DNA of 62,523 nucleotides, the filler included, from an uncultured bacterium (GTDB lineage Bacteria; DAOPZR01): NCBI GenBank assembly GCA_964637655.1. It is 5 parts of 5 records of this genome, joined end to end, with 100 filler letters (N's around TTAATTAATTAA, not from the genome) between each part and the next. Parts side by side here need not be neighbours in the genome. Positions count along the whole stretch, not along the records: positions 12,721 to 25,290 come from CAZWUZ010000096.1; positions 25,391 to 37,874 come from CAZWUZ010000097.1; 3 more parts are not named here. One strand, given 5' to 3'. The translations under genes and the position numbers were made by a program. A model generated the notes under the pieces. The model did not search any database. It was not told the DNA's origin and worked only from the letters and a program-made list of their open reading frames with translations. Below, one piece after another: positions 19,444 to 28,090 of the stretch; within the stretch, counting starts at the first letter, position 1, and each line of letters starts with the position of its first letter.

Positions 19444-21963
19444 TCAGGGAACATACAGTTCCGCGGCGTCAAACCCGTTACTGTTGATATCGGTCCCGCC
19501 CAACAACAGGATGCCATCGTCAACCGGGACCGCGGCAAGACGGCACCGGGCTTGCGCCATATCACGCCCAGTCGTCCAGCGGTTGGTTGCCGGGTCATAA
19601 ATCTGCACGCGCGCCATAACCGCACGCGCTCCGTTTAAGCCGGCGCTCAGTCCGCCAAACACGTAGATGCGGTTTTTCCATACCACGGCGGCAGCAAAGG
19701 CGTTCGCCTCCGGCATTGAGGCAACCCGTTGCCAGCGGTAAGTGGCGGGATAATAGGCCATCACATCGCTAATTGACTCGTTGGGATTCATGCGGTTGCC
19801 ACCGAAAATATATATCCGGTCACCCAAGCCCGCCGCGGTGGCATAGCCCCCGATACCTGCCGGGCCAGTCCGCGTCTCCCAGCTATTGGCGACCGGGTCA
19901 TAGATCTGCACCACATACGGGTCGTTGCCCGACGGCTCGCATCCGATAACATATACCCGCCCGTCGGCGGCAACCACCGCCGGCGTATGGTTGCGCGCAT
20001 ACGGCATTGGCGCACAAGCACGCCAGGCATCGGTGTTCGGGTTGTAGATGTACGCCTCGCGCCGGTTGTGCCACCCGTCAAACCCGCCGCAAACAAACAG
20101 CTCATCGCCAAGCGCCGTCCCGCACGTTGCCGACGCGAGCAGCGGATACGGCGTTCCCTGGCTCCAGCGCCGTGTCCGCAAATCAAGAATTTCGTTAACA
20201 TCGAGCATGTAGGTCGGCTGCCGATGAAATCCGGTAACCGCAATCACCCGGTCACCCAAACGCGCCGCAATCAATTCGCTGCGCGCCGTCAGCAAAGCGC
20301 CATACGGACTGGGAATCGACGGCGGCGTGGCCCGCGGCGTGGTCGGCGGCCCATATTGCTTCCAGGCGTCAACCGCATCAGGCGGGGTCAGCGCCTCTTG
20401 TCCCGTTAGGGATGGCGATGGCGGGATGGCTGGTGGCACAATCACCGGCGTCGCTTCAATAGTCGGTGCAATTGCCATCGTTCTCACCGGCAACACCGAT
20501 TGATCGGACCGCAAGAGAAAATGCAGGCCGATCCCTGCGAGTAGCAGCGGGGCGAACAGCTTTGCCGCCGCCAGCAGCCGCTCGCCCAAGCGCCGTTCAC
20601 CAGCCGACAGCACACCAAGCACCGACATTTCCAGTTTCGCCCGCCGCCGCCGCGCCAGCAGCAGGTCAGCGTTATGCCGCTGCTCCGCGCTCGCCGCCGC
20701 CTTGCCCTCGTACTCCTGCCGCGCCAGTTTCAGCACCAGCTCCGACTCACCGGCCTCTTTTCCCAACTCTTCCGCCCGCTCTTTGGCTTCCAGTTTGGCG
20801 GCGAGGTGCTGTCGCGTCTGCGTTTCATCACCCGCCGCGTGCGCCAGTTCCGCCGCCGTCTCGCATTCCCGCATTGCCGCACGCGCTAAGTCCGCCCGCG
20901 CCCGCACCCGGTTACGCAGCAGCATTGCCTCTTCCCGCCGCCGCCGCGCCTGGCCCAGTTCGTTTTCCGCGGCGCTCACTTCATCCCGCAACCTGACCGC
21001 AGTCAGTTCCGTCCGGTTGAACAGTTCCAGCCATTGATAGCGGTACCACGTCACCATCCGCGCCCACGCCCGCTTCCATCCCGGCACCCGGTGGCGTTCG
21101 AGTTCGTGGTCAATCGGTTCGTACGCCGCCGCGAACTCCGGCGGAATATCCCCGCCCCGCTCCCACTTTTCAAGATCAGCAAAAACCGCCTGGCAGTCCG
21201 CGTAGCGATTTGCCGGTTCACAGGCCAGTAAGCGCGCCAAAACCGCATCCGCCTGCGACGACAAGCCCGCCATCACTGTCGAGGCCAGCGGATAGGTCCC
21301 GCATTCATGCGCCTTAAGGATGGCCGAAGGGGTTGCGCCCTGAAAGGGGAGTCTTCCCGTCAGCAGGCGATACAGAACCACGCCCGCCGCATACAGGTCG
21401 GTCTTGCGCCCGGCACATTCGCCCCGCCCCAATTCCGGCGCCATGTACTCGAGCGTCCCGAGCATTTCACCTGACCGGGTCAGCGTAACCTCCTCTTTTA
21501 TGATCCGCGCCAGCCCGAAATCCGCCAGTTTCACCGTATCGGTCGCTGATTCGATCAGGATATTGCCCGGTTTCAGGTCGCGATGGATCACGCCCTGCTC
21601 ATGCGCCACGCCCAAGCCGGAAAGAATCTGTTTGAAGTAGTGGAGGGTCTTATCGACCGGCAGCGCCTGTTTCAGCAATTCCCGCAGCGAGCAGCCGGCC
21701 ACATATTCCATCGCGAGGTAGTGGTAACCGTCAGCCGCGCCAATGTCATGCACCGCCACCACATTGGCATGCTGCAGCCGCGCCACCGCCCGCGCCTCAC
21801 GTTCGAAGCGCGCCACCGCCGCCGGCTGCTCCGCCAGTTGCGGCCACAACACCTTCAGCGCCACCTCGCGATCGAGGCGGGTGTCACGGGCGCGATACAC
21901 CTTGCCCATAGCCCCACTCCCGAGGTCGGCGGTTAATTCATAGTACCCGATCCGGTTCACCAT
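19444..21963 (-). CDS. Membrane Ser/Thr kinase 3: kinase - PspA-like domain - TM - Pro-rich linker - Kelch propeller
   Basis: Complete kinase motifs; TM LFAPLLLAGIGLHFLL; about 6 Kelch repeats (FVCGG..YNP..W, YIFGG..YYP..W, YVFGG..YDP..W). Confidence 0.9.
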   Translation of the reverse strand: MVNRIGYYELTADLGSGAMGKVYRARDTRLDREVALKVLWPQLAEQPAAVARFEREARAVARLQHANVVAVHDIGAADGYHYLAMEYVAGCSLRELLKQALPVDKTLHYFKQILSGLGVAHEQGVIHRDLKPGNILIESATDTVKLADFGLARIIKEEVTLTRSGEMLGTLEYMAPELGRGECAGRKTDLYAAGVVLYRLLTGRLPFQGATPSAILKAHECGTYPLASTVMAGLSSQADAVLARLLACEPANRYADCQAVFADLEKWERGGDIPPEFAAAYEPIDHELERHRVPGWKRAWARMVTWYRYQWLELFNRTELTAVRLRDEVSAAENELGQARRRREEAMLLRNRVRARADLARAAMRECETAAELAHAAGDETQTRQHLAAKLEAKERAEELGKEAGESELVLKLARQEYEGKAAASAEQRHNADLLLARRRRAKLEMSVLGVLSAGERRLGERLLAAAKLFAPLLLAGIGLHFLLRSDQSVLPVRTMAIAPTIEATPVIVPPAIPPSPSLTGQEALTPPDAVDAWKQYGPPTTPRATPPSIPSPYGALLTARSELIAARLGDRVIAVTGFHRQPTYMLDVNEILDLRTRRWSQGTPYPLLASATCGTALGDELFVCGGFDGWHNRREAYIYNPNTDAWRACAPMPYARNHTPAVVAADGRVYVIGCEPSGNDPYVVQIYDPVANSWETRTGPAGIGGYATAAGLGDRIYIFGGNRMNPNESISDVMAYYPATYRWQRVASMPEANAFAAAVVWKNRIYVFGGLSAGLNGARAVMARVQIYDPATNRWTTGRDMAQARCRLAAVPVDDGILLLGGTDINSNGFDAAELYVP

Positions 21964-22008
21964 GACATGGCATTACCCCGTTTCGTCAGAATCCGCAAAT
22001 CGCGCCGT

Positions 22009-22272
22009 TCATATCGTTGCCGGCGCCGATTCCCCGATGAGGCGGGCCATCATCTGCTGGACGGCAACCCGGCGCAAGCGGGCCTCAGTGCACATCCGTT
22101 CGGCGTCATTTCTCCGAAACTGGTCACGCGCCGTTTGGAGTTCGGCCAGCAACTGCTCGCGTCTGACCAGATCAGGTTCCCGCCGGGCCGCCGCTAATCG
22201 CACGACCAGTTCCTCCCGCTCCGCCGCGAGTTCGTTCCCGATAGCCACGGCAAGGGTATTGTCCCAGAGCAT
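22009..22272 (-). CDS. Small helical/coiled-coil hypothetical protein
   Basis: AGGAG upstream; co-oriented between pspA and kinase 3; charged helical sequence. Confidence 0.6.
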   Translation of the reverse strand: MLWDNTLAVAIGNELAAEREELVVRLAAARREPDLVRREQLLAELQTARDQFRRNDAERMCTEARLRRVAVQQMMARLIGESAPATI

Positions 22273-22295
22273 CGCCCACTCTCCTGAACGTCGCC

Positions 22296-22988
22296 CTATT
22301 TGCCCCCGTCTTTCTTCGCCGGCTTGTTCTTCATCCGTTCCTTGAGCGCGGCCAGTTCATCGTCGAGCGCCTCGTTTTTCGACATCTGCGCAAACTGTGC
22401 TTCAACATCGTCGGTGCCAAGTTCCTTGGCCGCCGCCGCCTGCGCCTCCAGGTCCTCGATTCGCGCCTCGGCCTGCTCGAACAGCGTGAGGGAACTGGTC
22501 CCCTTGCCGCCGATCCCAGTCATCGTCTGCTGCAATTGAGCCGTCGTCTTGGCCCGCTGATGCTTGGCCGCAAGGATGTTTTTTTTCCGCCGCGCTTCGT
22601 CGATCTTCGCCTCAAGCGCCTTGAGCGAACTCTTCAGTGATTCAATACCCGCACGCTGGGACCCGAGTTCAGCGGAATAGACCTCAGCGAGCTGGTTCTG
22701 CTCTTTCTGCCGGCGCAATGCCTCCTTGGCAAGATTGTCGTCGCCTTTCTGCACCGCCAGTTCCGCCTTCTTGTCCCAATCCTTTGCCGCCTGCACCGCA
22801 TTTTCGCACTTCAGCGTCAGTTTTTTCTCGTCGGCGATAGCCCGGGCCACCTGGGTCCTGGCTTCCTGATACTCACCTTCCATGTTCTGCACCAGCTTTT
22901 CCAGCGTGGCCACAGGGTTCTCGACCCGCGAAATCAGCGCGTTGATGTTGGCCGAGATGGTAATGCCGATCCGTTCCAGAATGTTCAT
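22296..22988 (-). CDS. pspA: PspA/IM30 family protein (bacterial ESCRT-III-like)
   Basis: ANINALISRVENP, W..KAELAVQKGDDNLAKEAL, FEQAEARIEDLEAQA, DDELAALK; GAGGAGG RBS. Confidence 0.95.
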   Translation of the reverse strand: MNILERIGITISANINALISRVENPVATLEKLVQNMEGEYQEARTQVARAIADEKKLTLKCENAVQAAKDWDKKAELAVQKGDDNLAKEALRRQKEQNQLAEVYSAELGSQRAGIESLKSSLKALEAKIDEARRKKNILAAKHQRAKTTAQLQQTMTGIGGKGTSSLTLFEQAEARIEDLEAQAAAAKELGTDDVEAQFAQMSKNEALDDELAALKERMKNKPAKKDGGK

Positions 22989-23030
22989 GTTCTCCTCCTC
23001 GTTGGTTTTTACTGCCTGCCCTTTGCTAAA

Positions 23031-23046
23031 GCACGATGCGTGCCAA
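23031..23046 (-). promoter_or_regulatory. Sigma54 -24/-12 promoter of pspA
   Basis: TTGGCACGCATCGTGC = GG-N10-GC with TGGCACG, about 45 nt upstream of the pspA ATG. Confidence 0.9.
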
Positions 23047-23096
23047 CCGCCAAAACTGCCGGTTTGAGATCAAAAACCGGATGCCGCACGCGCGAG

Positions 23097-23136
23097 CATG
23101 GCGAAATTCGCCATGCCGATGGCGGCTTTCGCCATC
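23097..23136. promoter_or_regulatory. Two tandem palindromic upstream activator sites (probable PspF UAS)
   Basis: CATGGCGAAATTCGCCATG and GATGGCGGCTTTCGCCATC, 50-90 bp upstream of the -24 box. Confidence 0.75.
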
Positions 23137-23155
23137 GGTACGAACGCAAAGGACA

Positions 23156-24121
23156 TCACAATTGGTGTTTTTTCTGGAGGCGGCGAAATTGGTCGTAGCC
23201 GAGACCGAGTGCGGCGGCGGCGGACTTGCCATTCGGTGCGGTCCGCAACGCCGCGGCCAGAAGCTGTTTTTCGAAGGCGGCAACGCGGCTGGTGAAGTCA
23301 CCCTCGGTAGCGACTGGCAATTCCCCGCGTCGCGGCGGCAGGTGTCGAGCCTCGATAATTGCCCCGTCAGCCACCACCGCCGCCGCCTCGATGGTCGCCC
23401 GCAATTCGCGGACATTGCCCGGCCATGGCCGATAAGCAAGGTCCAGCAGCGTCTCGTCAGCAAGCCGGGCGGCCGGAAGCCACGGCATTTCCACACGAAT
23501 TTGCGCAAGAAAATGGCTGGCCAGATCGGGTATGTCTTCGCGCCGTTCATACAATGCCGGAACATGGACCTCTGCATAGCGGATACGGTCGTAGAGGTCG
23601 GCGGAGAATTCGCCCGCGGCAATCTGTTCCTCAAGGTCGGCATTGGTCGCTGCAATAATCCGCACATTTACGTCGATGGCGCCGCTGCCGCCGACCCGTT
23701 CAAATCGCTGATATTCAATCACCCGCAGCAGGAGTTTCTGCAGATCTAGTGGCATATTGCCGATCTCATCGAGAAAGAGGGTGCCACCATCCGCCTGCTC
23801 AAGTTTGCCGGGGCGGCGGTCGGTGGCCGAGGTGAACGCCCCCTTTTCATGGCCGAATATTTCGCTTGCCATCAGCCCTGACACAAGGCCGGCGGCATTG
23901 AAAACCACGAAGGGCTTATCCTGACGCGGCGAAAAATGATGCAGCAGGCAGGCAACCGCCTCCTTGCCCGAGCCACGAGGCCCGCGGATCAAAACCGGGC
24001 GGGGAAAGGGCGCGACCCGTTCAATAATCCGGCGAAGTTCCTGCATCGCCGGGCTGGTCCCGATTAGTCGGTAGCGTGAAGCAGAACCGGGCTCCCGCGC
24101 CAGCCTCGAACATTCAGTCAT
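23156..24121 (-). CDS. pspF: PspF-type sigma54 activator (AAA+ plus HTH, no N-terminal sensor)
   Basis: [46 protein letters not shown]-terminus [17 protein letters not shown] parallels PspF LGLTYHQFRALLKKHQI. Confidence 0.88.
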   Translation of the reverse strand: MTECSRLAREPGSASRYRLIGTSPAMQELRRIIERVAPFPRPVLIRGPRGSGKEAVACLLHHFSPRQDKPFVVFNAAGLVSGLMASEIFGHEKGAFTSATDRRPGKLEQADGGTLFLDEIGNMPLDLQKLLLRVIEYQRFERVGGSGAIDVNVRIIAATNADLEEQIAAGEFSADLYDRIRYAEVHVPALYERREDIPDLASHFLAQIRVEMPWLPAARLADETLLDLAYRPWPGNVRELRATIEAAAVVADGAIIEARHLPPRRGELPVATEGDFTSRVAAFEKQLLAAALRTAPNGKSAAAALGLGYDQFRRLQKKHQL

Positions 24122-24197
24122 CTGCATCCCCCCGCGAATTGCCAATCCGTAGGTGATTCAATACCCCGCCTCCACGCCTGTTCCTGCCGCTGACCGC

Positions 24198-24226
24198 ATC
24201 GTAGCATCGCCCATCCCATCAAGCAA
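24198..24226 (-). promoter_or_regulatory. Putative sigma70 promoter of pspF
   Basis: TTGCTT-N17-TACGAT with TG extension. Confidence 0.5.
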
Positions 24227-24306
24227 CCGGAGGATTTGCCGTAGGGAGCGCGCCTGGCCGGCGTGCTCACCCCCGGCACGGTGCCCGGTTTGCCAACTGC
24301 GAACGT

Positions 24307-25290
24307 TCAGCGGCGGCGGACGCTGCTGATCCCCTCCGTGTCGCGCAGGCGCTGCTGCACCTGCGTGCCGTGCGCGCTGTCGCGCACCTCGACATCGAAC
24401 GCGAGCGCGGCGCTGCCGTCGGGCTGCGCCGCGGCGTGCGAGGCGAGGACATAGGCGCCGGCGGCGGCGATGGCATTGAGCGCGTCGCTGAGCAGGCCGC
24501 GCCGGTCGCGTCCCTGCGCGTGCAGGCGCAGGCGGTAGCGCTGCTCCGCCCCCGGCCGCCAGACGACGGGCACACAGCGCGCCGCGTCCTGCACCAGCGC
24601 CGCGCGGTTGGGACAGTCGTCGCGATGCACCGTCACTCCACGCCCGCGCGTGACATAACCGAACACCGCGTCGCCGGCCACCGGGTGGCAGCAGTGCGCG
24701 AGGCGCGCATAGGGGTCGCAGATGCCGTCTACCAGCACGTCGCTGCTGCACGCCGGCCCCGTGGCCGCAGTCGCCGCGGGGAGCGGCGCGGGGGCCGGCT
24801 TTTCCTTCGGCCCGGCGAGGTCCTGCACGAAGGTGCGCGCGGTCAGCCGCCCGGCGGCCAGCGCGGCATAGAGCGCGTCGCTGTCCTTCAGGCGGTGCCG
24901 GGCGAGCGTTTCGGCGTAGCGTTCATGACTGAAGACCCGCTCGAGTTTCAGCCCCTCCTGCCGTGCCGCCTTTTCCAGCAGTTCCCGGCCCGCCTGCCGC
25001 GCCTGCGCCTCGTCCTGCTCGCGCAGCACCCGCTTGATACGCGCTTTGGCCGTGGCGGAGACGACGAATTTCAGCCAGTCGCGCGACGGCTGATGTCCCT
25101 TGGTGGTGATGATCTCGACGATATCGCCGTGCTGCAGCGGGTGCGAGAGCGGCACCATCTTCCCGTTGACGCGCGCCCCCGTGCAGGTGCTCCCGACCTC
25201 GGTATGCACGGTGAACGCGAAATCCACGGGTGTGCTCCCCTCGGGCAGTTCCTTGACGTCGCCGCCGGGAGTGAAGACCAGCACCTCGGA
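24307..25290 (-). CDS. Long RelA/SpoT homolog, C-terminal part (TGS, ZFD, ACT); 5'-truncated
   Basis: VFTPGGDV..LP.GSTPVDFAF.VHTEVG, PSRDWL, AHCCHPV.GD, GRGVTVHR.DC.N, DR.GLL.D. Confidence 0.92.
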   Translation of the reverse strand, partial: SEVLVFTPGGDVKELPEGSTPVDFAFTVHTEVGSTCTGARVNGKMVPLSHPLQHGDIVEIITTKGHQPSRDWLKFVVSATAKARIKRVLREQDEAQARQAGRELLEKAARQEGLKLERVFSHERYAETLARHRLKDSDALYAALAAGRLTARTFVQDLAGPKEKPAPAPLPAATAATGPACSSDVLVDGICDPYARLAHCCHPVAGDAVFGYVTRGRGVTVHRDDCPNRAALVQDAARCVPVVWRPGAEQRYRLRLHAQGRDRRGLLSDALNAIAAAGAYVLASHAAAQPDGSAALAFDVEVRDSAHGTQVQQRLRDTEGISSVRRR

Positions 25291-25390
25291 NNNNNNNNNN
25301 NNNNNNNNNNNNNNNNNNNNNNNNNNNNNNNNNNTTAATTAATTAANNNNNNNNNNNNNNNNNNNNNNNNNNNNNNNNNNNNNNNNNNNN
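25291..25390. other. Artificial contig linker
   Basis: N44-TTAATTAATTAA-N44. Confidence 0.98.
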
Positions 25391-26322
25391 CGGACACCGG
25401 AAAAATATTTCCCGCGTCGGGACGGGCGCAGGAGGTGCGCGATGCGCTTTGGGCACACGCGGCGCAGCGCGGCGTGCAGCTGCGCACCGGTGCCGCCGTC
25501 ACCGGCCTGCAGGCGACAGCGGATGGCTGGGACGTGCAGGCGGGCGGCAGCACGCTGCACGCCACGGCAGTTATCATCGCCTGCGGCGGGCTGTCGTACC
25601 CGCAAACCGGGAGCGACGGCTCGCTCTGGCCGCTGCTGATGCGGCTCGGGCATACGCTTATTCCCGCCGTACCGGCACTGGTCCCGCTCGTCACGGATGA
25701 GTCGCCGCTGCAAGCGCTGGCCGGTTTGTCGCTCGCGGCCACCGTCACCGCGGTCGCCGGCAGCAGCCGCGCCACTGCCACGGGCGGCTTTCTCTTCACC
25801 CATCGCGGCTGCAGCGGCCCGGCGGTGCTCGAAGTGTCGCATATCGTTGCCCGTGCCCGGCAGCAGAGCCTGCCGTTTCGCGTGACAGCACGGTGGACGG
25901 CGGATGACGCCGCCGCGTGGCGCGCGCGGCTGCACGCCACCGGAGCGCGCCCCGTTGTCGCGCTGCTGCGCGAAACGCTCCCGGCGCGGCTCGCGGAGAC
26001 GCTCTGCCATCTGGCGGGCATCGCCCCGGAGGCATCAGCCAGTCAGTTGCGCCGCGATGAACGGGAATGCCTCATCACCCGGTTGACCGAGTGCGTGCTG
26101 CCGGTGGCAGGTGACGCGGGCTATGCCGCGGCGGAAATCACCGACGGCGGCGTGCGGCTGGACGAGGTGTCAGCCGCCACGCTGGCCAGCCGGCACTGTC
26201 CGCGTTTGTTCTTCGCCGGCGAAATACTCGATGTGACCGGTATGATTGGCGGTTACAATTTGCAGTGGGCGTGGACGTCAGGCCGGCTGGCCGGACTCGG
26301 CGCTGTTGCCGCTCGCGGATAA
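25391..26322 (+). CDS. HI0933/BaiN-family flavoprotein (5'-truncated)
   Basis: GGLSYPQTGSDG, LFTHRG.SGP, FAGEILDVTG.IGGYNLQWAWTSG. Confidence 0.9.
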
Positions 26323-26371
26323 CTCCGCCCGCGACGGGGCAAACCATCCGGTTGCGGCATCGGCCGGCGCT

Positions 26372-26662
26372 TTAGGTGATAATTGGCGCGTGACCGCCGG
26401 CGTCGCCGCCGCCGGATGTCGGGAGATTGACCGGAAAACCTCCGGCCACCTGCGTCAGTTGCTCGTCGGTCAGTTCGCCCGCCGGTGCCGACTGCGCCGC
26501 TCCGGCGTGTGCTGCCGCCAGTTCCGCCGCCGTGCACGCGTAGCCGGCGGCAGTAGCGGCCGCCGCGAGTGCCACCGGCGCCCGCAGCGCGGAGAACTGC
26601 GCGGCAAAAGCCGGTTCCGCGTGCAGCCTGGCAATAAACTCACGCGCTTGCGGAAGTGACAT
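26372..26662 (-). CDS. Nif11-like leader RiPP precursor peptide
   Basis: MS..QAREFI..L..EP.F...; A..AGY..T..EL; ELTDEQLTQVAGG double-Gly site; 21-aa core; GGAGG RBS. Confidence 0.82.
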   Translation of the reverse strand: MSLPQAREFIARLHAEPAFAAQFSALRAPVALAAAATAAGYACTAAELAAAHAGAAQSAPAGELTDEQLTQVAGGFPVNLPTSGGGDAGGHAPIIT

Positions 26663-26680
26663 GGCATGCCTCCCCGGAAG

Positions 26681-28033
26681 TCAGTACTTGTACGCCGACC
26701 CGCCGATAAACTCGCGCAGCAGTGCGTTGTCCGGGATGACCGACTCGTCCGTCCACGGGTCGAGCTGCTGCAGCATGGCATGCACACGCACCGCGCGGCG
26801 CGCCGCGTCGGGATGGTCGCGATCGGTCGTGGTGTACTGCTGTTCCCACGCGGCAAAGGTCTGGCGGATGCGCGCACTCCAGACAGGGAGTTCGTAGGGA
26901 AGCGCGCTGTTGACAATGCAGTCGGAACTGACGGCATTGGGCGCGATATAGCGGAGTTCCGAGCGGCGCACGTAATGCCAGTGCTCGATGGTCTGGTCGG
27001 GGCGCACGTTGCGGTCGCGCACGTCGCGCACAATGCGGCGAATCAGCCGGACATCGGTCCACGGAATGAAGCTCCCGTCGTTGAGGCGCAACTGCAGGAA
27101 CGGCTCGATATAGACGCGTGCCTTGGCGTGCTCGGGTATCCCCTGCGTCACCTGCGGGAAGAGCCCGTGCAGCGAATCGATGAGCAGAATCTGCCCCTTG
27201 CCCAGTTGCACCGGGTGGGCCGTGCCCTCGCGCTTGCCCGACTTGAAATTGAAGAACGGCGGGTTGACCTGCTTCCCGTCGTAGATTTCGTTCAAGTGCT
27301 GGTTGAGCAGCGCCAGATCGATCGCCTCGGGCGTCTCGTAGTCATAGTCGCCATGCTCGTCACGCGGATGCGTTTCGAGGTTGACGTAGTAATTGTCGAC
27401 GTGGTAGGGAACAAACTCGAATCCTTCGTGTTTCAGGTGTTCGGCAATCTTGATGGTGGTGGTCGTCTTGCCCGAGGAGCTCGGCCCGGCGACAATGACG
27501 AACTTGATCTCGTCCTTGCGCCGCAATATCGCATCCGCGGCCCGCGCGATTTCCAACTGGTAGTGTTCCTCGCATTCGCGCACCAGTTCGGGAAACGAAC
27601 CGTCGGTGATGCGGCGGTTGAGCTGCTGCACCGTCAGCACGTTGTGGTCGATGGCCCAGGTGAGCGATTCCCACACCGTGCGCCACGGGATGATTTCCTC
27701 GCTCTGCCCGCGCTTGCCGTAGGCGTCCTTCTCCTGCCGCGCGCGGTTGCGCTCGTCGCGGTAGAGGATAAACGCCTTGGCGGTCTTCGCATGACCGCTC
27801 TCGATCAGCACCTTCTCGATGGCATCCTGCACCTGCTCGACCTGCGGCGTCCCCCCCGCGGGCAGTGCCGCCGCGAGATGGGCGACCACCTTCGCCGCCA
27901 CCTGTTCCGACAGGACGCGGTCACGTCCGCCGCTGGCAATGGCGGCACGGTAAATGGCATTGATGATGCGGATGTCGGTGAACGGCACCTGGGTGCCATC
28001 ACGCTTGACGATGTGGGTGAACGGTGTGGCCAT
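26681..28033 (-). CDS. ATP-cone plus uridine/nucleoside kinase-like P-loop protein
   Basis: IVKRDG..VPF and VEQVQDAIEKVL..AKAFILYR ATP cone; AGPSSSGKTT; DSLHGL; REFIGGS. Confidence 0.85.
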   Translation of the reverse strand: MATPFTHIVKRDGTQVPFTDIRIINAIYRAAIASGGRDRVLSEQVAAKVVAHLAAALPAGGTPQVEQVQDAIEKVLIESGHAKTAKAFILYRDERNRARQEKDAYGKRGQSEEIIPWRTVWESLTWAIDHNVLTVQQLNRRITDGSFPELVRECEEHYQLEIARAADAILRRKDEIKFVIVAGPSSSGKTTTTIKIAEHLKHEGFEFVPYHVDNYYVNLETHPRDEHGDYDYETPEAIDLALLNQHLNEIYDGKQVNPPFFNFKSGKREGTAHPVQLGKGQILLIDSLHGLFPQVTQGIPEHAKARVYIEPFLQLRLNDGSFIPWTDVRLIRRIVRDVRDRNVRPDQTIEHWHYVRRSELRYIAPNAVSSDCIVNSALPYELPVWSARIRQTFAAWEQQYTTTDRDHPDAARRAVRVHAMLQQLDPWTDESVIPDNALLREFIGGSAYKY

Positions 28034-28090
28034 GACGATTCCCCTCCCCGAGGTCGCCCTACTCTACTTTACCCGCGGCGGGCGGGCAAC

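Noticed and set aside
12721-21963. Diversity-generating retroelement acting on the kinase ectodomains
   Set aside because: No reverse transcriptase and no template/variable repeat pair with adenine-specific differences; the similarity is in the 5' halves
24241-24269. GTAG-type REP-like hairpin after relA/spoT
   Set aside because: Single imperfect copy in the window; cannot be supported as a repeat
25391-26662. HI0933 flavoprotein as maturase of the adjacent Nif11 precursor
   Set aside because: Convergent orientation, and a widespread family with no known RiPP role
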